A stretch of DNA of 64,000 nt from Vulcanimicrobiales bacterium. Lineage in GTDB: Bacteria; Vulcanimicrobiota; Vulcanimicrobiia; Vulcanimicrobiales; Vulcanimicrobiaceae. Every line of letters begins with the position of its first letter. The stretch's first letter is position 1. The position numbers and the translations under genes are program-made. Below, piece by piece: positions 28,694 through 36,730 of this stretch. The notes beneath the pieces were generated by a model that searched no databases, had not been told where the DNA came from, and was given only the letters and a program-made list of their open reading frames with translations. The stretch lies in assembly GCA_038231455.1 (NCBI GenBank), contig JBBRLI010000010.1:1-64000 (forward strand), read 5' to 3'.

Positions 28694-29595
28694 CGGTCCT
28701 GGTGCGGGGACGGTGCGATTCGATAGGTGTCGCCGTCCCGGATCACAACCCCGAGCATTTCGCATTCTGCGAGCGCACCAAGAAGCGTACCAATCTCGAG
28801 TCCGACTACTTGCGCTAGTGATTCGCAAGTTGAACCGTCCGCGCCAATCGCCGCCAGTAGGCTTCGATGGCCTTCCGGCGTTGGAAGGATCAGTTTATCC
28901 AGCTGCAATCCTGTTCTTCGCGGTCGCCCGATTGCATCGAGGACGTCGTCCGCGTGGCGCACGAGTGTTGCGCCGTCACGGATCAGTGCAAGGCAACCCG
29001 CGACTTTTGGGCGATCCACATCTCCGGGAAAGGCAAGCACCGGAAGCGAGCGATCTGCCGCCCATGACGCCGTGTTGAGCGCGCCCGAACGTGCGGCGGC
29101 TTCGACGACGACAACCGCGTCGGCGAGCGCGGCGACGATTCCGTTGCGCTGCAAGAACTGATACGGGCGTGCTGGTTCGTCTGGCGGATACGGCGAGATA
29201 ACTGCCCCGCCGCCGGCGATCATGCGACGCGCCAGTTCGCGATTGCGCGGAGGGAAGAAATGGTTGTGTCCGCCGCCGAGCACGCCGATCGTCGGTGCGC
29301 CTGCGAGGAGCGCGCCTTCGTGTGCTGCCGCGTCGATCCCAAGTGCAAGCCCCGACACCACGCACACACCACTCATCCCGAGTTCGTGGGCGAGTCGGCG
29401 CGCGCGCTCGCGTCCGCCTTCGCTCGGTGCGCGCGTCCCGACGATCGCCACGGTCGGTGCTGCTAGGCCGTCGAGCGATCCCACCACATACAAGCCCGAA
29501 AGCGCGAGCCCAAGAAGGCGCTCGCCTGCAAATTCGTCGAGTTCGGCGCGGGAAACGAAGCGGCGGCCGGTCGCCGGAAGGTCGGTTGCGTTCAC
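28690..29595 (-). CDS. dprA: DNA-processing protein DprA
   Basis: VAIVGTR, VSGLALGIDAAAH, FLQRNGIVA, VEAAARSGALNTA; C-terminal winged helix. Confidence 0.93.
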   Translation of the reverse strand: MNATDLPATGRRFVSRAELDEFAGERLLGLALSGLYVVGSLDGLAAPTVAIVGTRAPSEGGRERARRLAHELGMSGVCVVSGLALGIDAAAHEGALLAGAPTIGVLGGGHNHFFPPRNRELARRMIAGGGAVISPYPPDEPARPYQFLQRNGIVAALADAVVVVEAAARSGALNTASWAADRSLPVLAFPGDVDRPKVAGCLALIRDGATLVRHADDVLDAIGRPRRTGLQLDKLILPTPEGHRSLLAAIGADGSTCESLAQVVGLEIGTLLGALAECEMLGVVIRDGDTYRIAPSPHQDR

Positions 29596-29753
29596 GCGAC
29601 CCCTATCACTCCCTCGGCACCCGGCGGCAATTCCCCTCGTCAATCCCTCGTGGGTCCCTCACGAGGATTGCCGCGTTACCCTCGGAATACGGGGGGGCGA
29701 TTGCGGCCGCGCCACCCTTACCTAAAGCGCGGCCGATGGGAGAAACAAACGAG

Positions 29754-29903
29754 ATGGCAAGCCAAGCATACTGCGTGAAATGCAAGACCAAGCGTGAAAT
29801 GAAAGACGCCACGCAGATCACCATGAAGAACGGCCGCCCGGCGACCGAAGGCAAGTGCCCGGAATGCGGCACGAAAATGTTCAAGATCGGCGCCGCCACC
29901 TAG
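29754..29903 (+). CDS. DUF5679-like small Zn-ribbon protein (49 aa)
   Basis: YCVKCK..REMK....MKNGRPA..GKCPECGTKMFKI; GGAGA RBS; terminator follows. Confidence 0.82.
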   Translation: MASQAYCVKCKTKREMKDATQITMKNGRPATEGKCPECGTKMFKIGAAT

Positions 29904-29929
29904 GCTGCGTCCGTACCGCGAAGTCGAGG

Positions 29930-29958
29930 AAGCCCGCACGCTGCGGGCTTTTTTGTTT
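29930..29958 (+). terminator. Rho-independent terminator
   Basis: AAGCCCGCA-CGC-TGCGGGCTT followed by a T-rich tract. Confidence 0.8.
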
Positions 29959-30011
29959 GCCGGGCAGACATGTTGTGGCCTATACTCGAAGCGTGCCACT
30001 AGATGTTGTAC
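29957..30011 (+). promoter_or_regulatory. nrdR promoter with tandem NrdR-box-like sites
   Basis: TTGCCG-N18-TATACT; GGCAGACATGTTGTGG (29963) and CCACTAGATGTTGTAC (29996), 33 bp apart. Confidence 0.6.
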
Positions 30012-30028
30012 CGCTGGGGGACTAGGCT

Positions 30029-30475
30029 CTGATCTGCCCCACCTGCCGCAAGAGCGAGACGCGCGTTGTCGACAGCCGCGACGATGAGTCCGTGGTCCGG
30101 CGCCGCCGTGAGTGTCTGGCCTGCAAGCAGCGCTTCACGACCTACGAGCGGATCGAGGCACCGCGTCTCTTCGTCGTCAAGAAAGACGGTCGCCGCGAAC
30201 AGTGGAACCGCGACAAGGTGCTCTCGGGCCTCCGTCGCGCGTGCGAAAAACGACCGGTCTCCGATCCGCAGATGGACGAGGTCATCTCGAACCTCGAGCG
30301 CGAACTTTTTTCACGTGGCGAGAATGAAGTGGCCTCGACTCTGGTGGGCGAGAAGCTGATGGAAGCCCTCAAGGTGCTCGATAAGGTGGCGTATATCCGA
30401 TTTGCCAGTGTCTATCGCTCGTTCCGGGACGTGGAGAGCTTCCAAGCCGAACTCTCGGACCTGCTTGCCAAATAA
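30029..30475 (+). CDS. nrdR: Transcriptional repressor NrdR (CTG start inferred)
   Basis: CPTC...[26 protein letters not shown] cone; [15 protein letters not shown]. Confidence 0.95.
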   Translation: MICPTCRKSETRVVDSRDDESVVRRRRECLACKQRFTTYERIEAPRLFVVKKDGRREQWNRDKVLSGLRRACEKRPVSDPQMDEVISNLERELFSRGENEVASTLVGEKLMEALKVLDKVAYIRFASVYRSFRDVESFQAELSDLLAK

Positions 30476-30920
30476 TAACGTCCGCATCGGCGTCCTCCGC
30501 TTGCCGGAGGGCGCGGATTTGCCCTTGCCGGCCTATATGAGCAGTGATTCGGCCGGGGCCGATGTCGTCGCCGCCGTTACCGAGGACCTCGTCCTCGCGC
30601 CGCTGGCACGCGCACTCGTTCCGACCGGTTTTGCACTCGAGATCCCGGCGGGCTATGAAGTGCAGTTGCGTCCACGCAGCGGCCTTGCGCTCAAGGCCGG
30701 CCTGACGCTGCTCAACGCGCCAGGCACGATCGATGCGGATTACCGCGGGCCGGTCGGGGTGATCGTCGCGAATTTGGGAAGCGAACCGTATACGATCCGG
30801 CGCGGGGACCGTATCGCGCAGATGGTCGTCGCGCCGGTTATTCAGGCGATCTTCCGCGAAGTGACGGAGCTTGGCACAAGCGATCGCGGTTCGGGCGGTT
30901 TTGGGAGTACGGGGCGATGA
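30465..30920 (+). CDS. dut: dUTP diphosphatase
   Basis: [37 protein letters not shown]. Confidence 0.96.
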   Translation: MPNNNVRIGVLRLPEGADLPLPAYMSSDSAGADVVAAVTEDLVLAPLARALVPTGFALEIPAGYEVQLRPRSGLALKAGLTLLNAPGTIDADYRGPVGVIVANLGSEPYTIRRGDRIAQMVVAPVIQAIFREVTELGTSDRGSGGFGSTGR

Positions 30921-31891
30921 AGGTCTATGTCGTCGGCGCAGGCGCCGTCGGACGTTATCTTGGTGATTCGCTTGCGAAAATCGGCAACGACATCGTCTAC
31001 GCGCCGCGCGATCTCGCTGCCGTCGAACGTATCGAGGCCGATCTTGCGATCGTTGCGGTGAAGTCGTTCGATACGGATGGCGCGATCGCAACGCTCCAGC
31101 GCGCACTTGCCGATCCGAGCAAGACGACGATCGTTACGCCGCAGAACGGCGTTGGGAACGAAGAAAAGCTTGCCGCGGCGTTCGGCGTCGATGCGATCAT
31201 GTCGTGCGCGCTAACCGTTCCCGTCGGCGTCGATCGCGATGGCCAATCGCAGGCCTCGAACACCGGCGGAATTGCGTTCGCACCGGTCGGTGCGTCAAGC
31301 CACAATTGGGTGCTCGCGGCCTTCGGTTCGACGGGGATTCCCGTGCAGTCGGCGAGCGACTATCGCTCGCTCAAATGGTCGAAGCTCGCGCTCAACGTCG
31401 TCGCGAACGCCTCGTGTGCGATCCTCAACGTCTTACCCGAGCGGCTCGTTCATCTCGATAAAGTATTCGAGTTTGAAATTCGCGCGATCCGCGAAGTGCG
31501 CGCGGTGATGCGGTCGCTCGGCATCGCTCCGATGGATCTGCCGCGCTATCCCGTGCGAGCATTGCAGGCGATCGCGCAGATGCCGACGCCCGTCGCGCGA
31601 GCGATTCTTGCCAGCCGCGTCGCGGGAGCGCGCGGCCGCAAGCCTCCCTCGCTCTTACAGGACTTGCGCGCAGCGAAAAGCCAAACCGAAGTCGACGTCC
31701 TCAACGGTGCGGTCGCGGCGGCTGGGCGTGCGGCGGGCGTTGCAACGCCGGTGAACGCGGTCTATGCACGAATCGTGAGCGATATCGCGAACATGCCGCA
31801 ACTGTGGGCGAAATACCGCGAACGCCCCGATGCCCTGGACGCGGAAATCCGAGCCGAAATTGCGCGTTCTGCACGCGCCGTCCCCGCTTAA
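30917..31891 (+). CDS. panE: Ketopantoate reductase family protein
   Basis: GAGAVG, AVKSFD, QNG, KWSKL..N, SLLQDL...TEVDVLNG. Confidence 0.8.
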   Translation: MKVYVVGAGAVGRYLGDSLAKIGNDIVYAPRDLAAVERIEADLAIVAVKSFDTDGAIATLQRALADPSKTTIVTPQNGVGNEEKLAAAFGVDAIMSCALTVPVGVDRDGQSQASNTGGIAFAPVGASSHNWVLAAFGSTGIPVQSASDYRSLKWSKLALNVVANASCAILNVLPERLVHLDKVFEFEIRAIREVRAVMRSLGIAPMDLPRYPVRALQAIAQMPTPVARAILASRVAGARGRKPPSLLQDLRAAKSQTEVDVLNGAVAAAGRAAGVATPVNAVYARIVSDIANMPQLWAKYRERPDALDAEIRAEIARSARAVPA

Positions 31892-31909
31892 CCGACCCGA
31901 GGAGGATCG

Positions 31910-32779
31910 ATGCGCCATCCCAACGTCCCCGAGAGCCTCGATAGCTGGAGCATCCTCCACCGGATGTTCCGCTTCGATCGCCGTCGGTGGGATCAGTTGC
32001 CGCTCGAACGCAAGGCTGCGATCATCGATCAAGCGCTGCCGGTCATAGCAACGCTCGCGCGAGACGCGGATGCGGATCTGGGTCTCGCGCAAATTCTCGG
32101 ACATAAAGCCGATTTGATGTTCACGCACTACGCGAAGTCGTTCGATGCGCTCGGCGAAATGCAAGTGACGATCGACCGGCTCGAACTTCGTGACTTCCTC
32201 GAACCGCTGGCATCGTACGTCTCGATTCTCGAACTCGGCCTCTACGAAGCGACCGGCAAAATTCACGCCGATCTTACCGCCCGCGGACTCAAACCGCATT
32301 CCGAGGATTGGAATACGGCCTTCGATGAAGCGCTTGCGATCCAAGCGCGTGAGCCGCGCAATGCCGGACGTCTTTGGGCCAAAATTCCGCGACGCCGCTA
32401 TGTGTGTTTCTATCCGATGGATAAGAAACGCGGCGAAGCCGTGAATTGGTACATGCTGCCCTATCGCGAGCGCGCCGATATGATGCAAGATCACGGCAAG
32501 ATCGGTCGCTCGTTCCATGGCCTTGTGAATCAAGTGATCTCGGGTTCGATCGGCTTCGACGATTGGGAATGGGGCGTCGATCTCTACGCCGACGATCCGC
32601 TCACGTTCAAGAAGCTCGTCTACGAAATGCGTTTTGATGAGGCTAGCGCCAAATATGCGGCGTTCGGTCAGTTCTGGACGGGGATGCAGTTCTCGGTCGC
32701 GCAGTTGCCGCAGTTTCTTGCCGGCGAAGCCTCCCCGCAACTGCTCGCTGAAGACATGCGCGAACTCGTTTCGCGCTAG
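31910..32779 (+). CDS. hemQ: Coproheme decarboxylase (HemQ/ChdC)
   Basis: CFYPMDKKRGE..NWYMLP..ER..MM.DHG.IGR, GFDDWEWGV, YEMRFDEASA. Confidence 0.9.
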   Translation: MRHPNVPESLDSWSILHRMFRFDRRRWDQLPLERKAAIIDQALPVIATLARDADADLGLAQILGHKADLMFTHYAKSFDALGEMQVTIDRLELRDFLEPLASYVSILELGLYEATGKIHADLTARGLKPHSEDWNTAFDEALAIQAREPRNAGRLWAKIPRRRYVCFYPMDKKRGEAVNWYMLPYRERADMMQDHGKIGRSFHGLVNQVISGSIGFDDWEWGVDLYADDPLTFKKLVYEMRFDEASAKYAAFGQFWTGMQFSVAQLPQFLAGEASPQLLAEDMRELVSR

Positions 32780-32791
32780 TATGCCGAGCAC

Positions 32792-33685
32792 GTGAACCGA
32801 CACATCGCAGCACTCGCGATTGGACTCATGGCGCTTGCCGCGTGCTCAAACGAATCTCCGTGGGAATCGTTCAAGGCTGCACCCGCGCTCATCGGTACGC
32901 AAACGCTGCCGCTTGGCAACGTCTTGATTCCGGCGAAGATCGACGGCATCGGATGGAGCTGGCTGCAACTAGATCTGGGCGCGGACACGACGTTCCTCTA
33001 CGGCGGCACGATCGCGCGCTTTCACGTGCCCGTCGGATCGGATTTGCGACTGCACGGGGCGCTCGGCGCACACGAGCAATCGTTCGACGGCGTCGTAAGC
33101 GGCGCGATCGACGGCGGTGAGAACGACGGGCGACCGATCGTCGGCGTCCTCGGTGCGGATTTTTTTGTCACCCACGCGCTCGCACTCGACTTCGTTCACA
33201 ACCGCTATGCGCTCGCGCCGACCGTCGCGCGGCTGCCGCATGAAGTAAGCGACGTAAGCTACGTTCCGCTTCGCTACGAGTCGACGGCGACGTACCGCAA
33301 CAAAGTCATCGTGTCGATGGACGTGGGCCCGCGAAGGTACGACCGCGCATTGCTCGACATTGGAGCAAGTCCGTTCGCGCTTGTCGTCAAAGGCAGCGAT
33401 TGGTTCGCCCGGACCGGTCGATCGCTCGGCGATCGACGCAATACCCGGGTAAACGCAAATCAGTTTGGCGCGCCGGTCGAGCTCGTGAGTGCGCCGGCGA
33501 TCGGTGATCTGCGCATCGGCGCTGCATCGCTTGCAACGCCACTCGTGTATACCGTGAGGTCTGGAAAGAGTGCAGCGACAATCGCGCAGCCGTTCGACGG
33601 GGTCATCGGCAATGCGCTTTTCGAGCATCGCATTCTCGTCCTCGATATTCCCGCCGGTCGGCTCGGTATGAAGGTCGCACCGTGA
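32792..33685 (+). CDS. Lipoprotein with tandem retropepsin-like aspartyl-protease domains
   Basis: LAAC lipobox; LDLGAD...GVLGADF and LDIGAS...GVIGNALF. Confidence 0.6.
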   Translation: MNRHIAALAIGLMALAACSNESPWESFKAAPALIGTQTLPLGNVLIPAKIDGIGWSWLQLDLGADTTFLYGGTIARFHVPVGSDLRLHGALGAHEQSFDGVVSGAIDGGENDGRPIVGVLGADFFVTHALALDFVHNRYALAPTVARLPHEVSDVSYVPLRYESTATYRNKVIVSMDVGPRRYDRALLDIGASPFALVVKGSDWFARTGRSLGDRRNTRVNANQFGAPVELVSAPAIGDLRIGAASLATPLVYTVRSGKSAATIAQPFDGVIGNALFEHRILVLDIPAGRLGMKVAP

Positions 33686-34137
33686 TCGCCGAGCGACCCG
33701 ACGGGAAGGCGCTGCTGCAGATCTGTTCGCTTGCGGCGCCCGGACGTCTTAGCGCTTGCGCGTGGTGCGCCGCCGAGCTTCCGCCGCGGCGTCGCACCTG
33801 GTGCGGCGACAAATGCGGCGATGCGTTTTGGACCAATCATTGGTGGACGCTCGCACGCAGTGCTGCAAAACGGCGCGATAAATACCGCTGTATTCAATGT
33901 GGACACAAACCACCCGTACGTCCGAACAAAAAAACGACGGCGAATCACCGGGCGTATCTTGCCGCGATGCGCGATTGGCGCAAAGCAAAACGCACGGATC
34001 GCTTGGAGATCAACCACATCGTTCCGTGCAATGGAACGCACGGGATTCTCAGTTGTTCGCATCACTTGGAGAATCTCGAAACGCTTTGCGTTGTGTGCCA
34101 CCGCGCGCACACTAGCGCCATCCAACGCCCGGGATGA
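33682..34137 (+). CDS. HNH endonuclease-like protein with N-terminal Zn finger
   Basis: CAWC..WCGDKC; RDKYRCIQCG; LEINHIVP...NLETLCVVCHRAHT. Confidence 0.78.
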   Translation: MIAERPDGKALLQICSLAAPGRLSACAWCAAELPPRRRTWCGDKCGDAFWTNHWWTLARSAAKRRDKYRCIQCGHKPPVRPNKKTTANHRAYLAAMRDWRKAKRTDRLEINHIVPCNGTHGILSCSHHLENLETLCVVCHRAHTSAIQRPG

Positions 34138-34664
34138 TCGAGGTTGGATATCTGATACCGGGTCAGGAGCGCGAAGCGACGGAACTCTTTGCCGCCGTCG
34201 CCTCCGAGCGACAATGGATCGGAACGGAGGGACCGCTCGACATCGAAGCGCGCACCGCGGGCCTCGTCGGTTCGATCGCCTGCGGTCAACAAACGTTGAT
34301 CGTCGCTCGCTTGAGCGGTCGCATCGTCGGTACGCTCGGTCTCTATCGCGATACGAAGGGACCCCGTACGATTTCTCTTGGCATGATGGTTGCCGCGGAT
34401 CGTCGCGCGATGGGAGTCGGCTCGGCGCTGATCGACTTTGCCGTTGCGCACGCGCGCAGCGCCGGTTATGAGGAAATTGCGCTCGATGTGTTCCCGCATA
34501 ACGAAGCGGCGCGCGCCCTGTACCGGAAGTTCGGTTTCGTCGAAGTCGAGCGGGTGGCATCGGAGATCCCGCGCGCAAACGGAGACCGATGGGATGTGAT
34601 TCGCTGCAAATTGATGCTTCGCACGGATGAAACGGCCACCGATGGGGGAACGACTCTCGTATGA
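34134..34664 (+). CDS. GNAT N-acetyltransferase
   Basis: RRAMGVGSAL, VFPHNEAARALYRKFGF. Confidence 0.85.
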   Translation: MIEVGYLIPGQEREATELFAAVASERQWIGTEGPLDIEARTAGLVGSIACGQQTLIVARLSGRIVGTLGLYRDTKGPRTISLGMMVAADRRAMGVGSALIDFAVAHARSAGYEEIALDVFPHNEAARALYRKFGFVEVERVASEIPRANGDRWDVIRCKLMLRTDETATDGGTTLV

Positions 34665-34897
34665 ACGATCACGATATCGAAACCAAAATCGAAAAGCTCG
34701 CGGAAGAAGAGCAGTCCATTTTACAGGCCGGAAGCGGCAAAGCAACGCACGAGCACGACCGTCTCGAAGCGATTCGCGTCGAACGCGATCAGCTTTGGGA
34801 TTTACTACGCCAGCGCCGCGCCAAGGAAGAATTCGGCCAGAATCCGGCGGAGACCGAACTGCGCAAAGCGCGCGTGGTCGAGAACTACGTCGAGTAG
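34661..34897 (+). CDS. DUF2630 family protein
   Basis: DQLWDLLRQRRA..EFG.NP.....R...VVENY. Confidence 0.8.
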   Translation: MNDHDIETKIEKLAEEEQSILQAGSGKATHEHDRLEAIRVERDQLWDLLRQRRAKEEFGQNPAETELRKARVVENYVE

Positions 34898-35349
34898 GTC
34901 GCCTCGGCGCTCTCGCTTGCGGTCACGGGAGTGATGACATCGCTGACGAGAGCTCCGCTTGTGGCCGGAGATTCGGCTACGGCGAACGTCATGGTGACGA
35001 TCGTCCCGTCGGGACCGCTGGTGCGTTCGAAAAGCTGACTAAGAGCCTGCATGATCGTATCGCCGCGCCCGCGATCGGCTTTCTCGTCGACCGTCCAGCG
35101 GCCACGATCGGCGACCACGCCCACAAGGTGCGTATCGTCGGCGCTGATGCGCACGGCGACTTCGCCTCGACGCCAACGATAGGCGTGCTCGACGGCGTTG
35201 TTCAGCGCCTCTGACATTGCTTGGCGCACGTCGTCACACTTACGGTCGGAGAGGCCGGCAGCCCGGCAAAAGGCGTGCAAATGCGCGCGTGCTTTGGCCA
35301 CGCCATGCTCGTTGGCGGGAAAAACGAAGTCGAGTTCCATTCCTGTCAT
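34885..35349 (-). CDS. RsbW-like anti-sigma factor / HATPase_c_2 protein
   Basis: SEALNNAVEHAY, VADRGRW, RGRG, GTIVTM. Confidence 0.82.
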   Translation of the reverse strand: MTGMELDFVFPANEHGVAKARAHLHAFCRAAGLSDRKCDDVRQAMSEALNNAVEHAYRWRRGEVAVRISADDTHLVGVVADRGRWTVDEKADRGRGDTIMQALSQLFERTSGPDGTIVTMTFAVAESPATSGALVSDVITPVTASESAEATYST

Positions 35350-35533
35350 TGCAGTACTCCGGAAATGCGTCAAACGTCACGGCAACCGACCAGCATTGCC
35401 AGCTACAGTATAGGGCAAGCATGCCCTCTTTAAACCTGAACCCAAGCAATCGGGACCTTTGTTCCCAACCGACATCTTTTTGTAATCGGCAGCCGGGCGG
35501 GCGCACTGAAGTGCCGTACAAGAGGTTGCCTGC

Positions 35534-36730
35534 TTGAGCGGGCGCCTTGCGGCGTTTTTCGTGGCGCTCGTCAGCGCCGAAATTGCGGGGCAAATTCAGG
35601 AAGTCGCAATCGGCTGGTACATCTTCACGCTGCACCATCGTGTGTTTGATTTAGGACTCGTCGGTCTGACGTTGTTTCTCCCGACGATCGTACTCGCGCT
35701 GGTTGTGGGGCTCGCTGCCGACCGCTTCAGCCGCAAAGCGATTATCATTCTCACGATCGCGTGCGAGGTCGTCGCGACGGGCGCGTTCGTCGTCTTATCG
35801 AACCTGCACGTCGATCGACTGGGACCGTATCTCGCGCTCATTCTGCTGCTCGGAATCGCTCGCGCATTCGCCGCGCCGGCCGAACGCGGCATGTTGCTCA
35901 ACCTCGTCTCGCGCGACCGCTACATGCACGTTTCATCACTCTTTTCATCGATTCGCAAAGTCGTCCAAGTCGCCGGACCGGCGCTGGGCGGAGCGCTGGT
36001 AGCGATCGGCACGCCCCTCGCACTCACGACGTCGATCGTGATGCTCGCCATCGGTGGTGTGGCCATTGCGTTCTTACCGCTCCCGGGCCGCAAGCCGGAT
36101 GCGCCGGGCGCACAAACGACGTGGCACGACGCACTCGGTGGACTGCGATTCATTCGCGCGCAGCCCATTATTTTGGGAGCGATCTCGCTCGATCTCTTCG
36201 CGGTCCTCTTCGGCGGCGCCACCGCGCTCTTACCGGCGTTCGCCGATACGATTTTGCACGTGGGACCGATCGGCTTAGGCCTCTTGCGCGCCGCGCCATC
36301 GGTCGGCGGTTTCATCATCGCCGTGTTGCTGGCACGCAAACCGCCAAAGAATCACGTCGGTCGGACGCTGCTGATTTCGGTTGCGGTCTTTGGAGTCGGG
36401 ACCGTCGTCTTCGGAGTCTCGCAATCACTGTGGCTCTCGCTCGTTGCACTCGCTGTGCTCGGCGGCGCGGATATGATCAGCGTTGCGATCCGCTCGGGAC
36501 TCGTTCAACTCAACACGCCCGATGCGATGCGCGGACGTGTCTCGGCCCTCGAAAATGTCTTTATCGGCGCGTCGAACGAACTGGGCGCTTTCGAGTCGGG
36601 GACGCTCGCCGCGCTGCTCGGAACGGTTCCGAGCGTCGTCTTCGGCGGATCGGCAACGATCGTCGTCGTTGTCCTGTGGGCGCTGGTCTTTCCGCGCTTA
36701 GCAAAAATGGATGCGCTACACGAGGCGTGA
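35534..36730 (+). CDS. MFS transporter (EntS/H+ antiporter-like)
   Basis: GLAADRFSRK, SLDLFAVLFGGATALLP, MRGRVSA, SNELGAFESG. Confidence 0.9.
   Translation: MSGRLAAFFVALVSAEIAGQIQEVAIGWYIFTLHHRVFDLGLVGLTLFLPTIVLALVVGLAADRFSRKAIIILTIACEVVATGAFVVLSNLHVDRLGPYLALILLLGIARAFAAPAERGMLLNLVSRDRYMHVSSLFSSIRKVVQVAGPALGGALVAIGTPLALTTSIVMLAIGGVAIAFLPLPGRKPDAPGAQTTWHDALGGLRFIRAQPIILGAISLDLFAVLFGGATALLPAFADTILHVGPIGLGLLRAAPSVGGFIIAVLLARKPPKNHVGRTLLISVAVFGVGTVVFGVSQSLWLSLVALAVLGGADMISVAIRSGLVQLNTPDAMRGRVSALENVFIGASNELGAFESGTLAALLGTVPSVVFGGSATIVVVVLWALVFPRLAKMDALHEA

Noticed and set aside
31655-32803. 382-aa minus-strand ORF
   Set aside because: Antisense to hemQ
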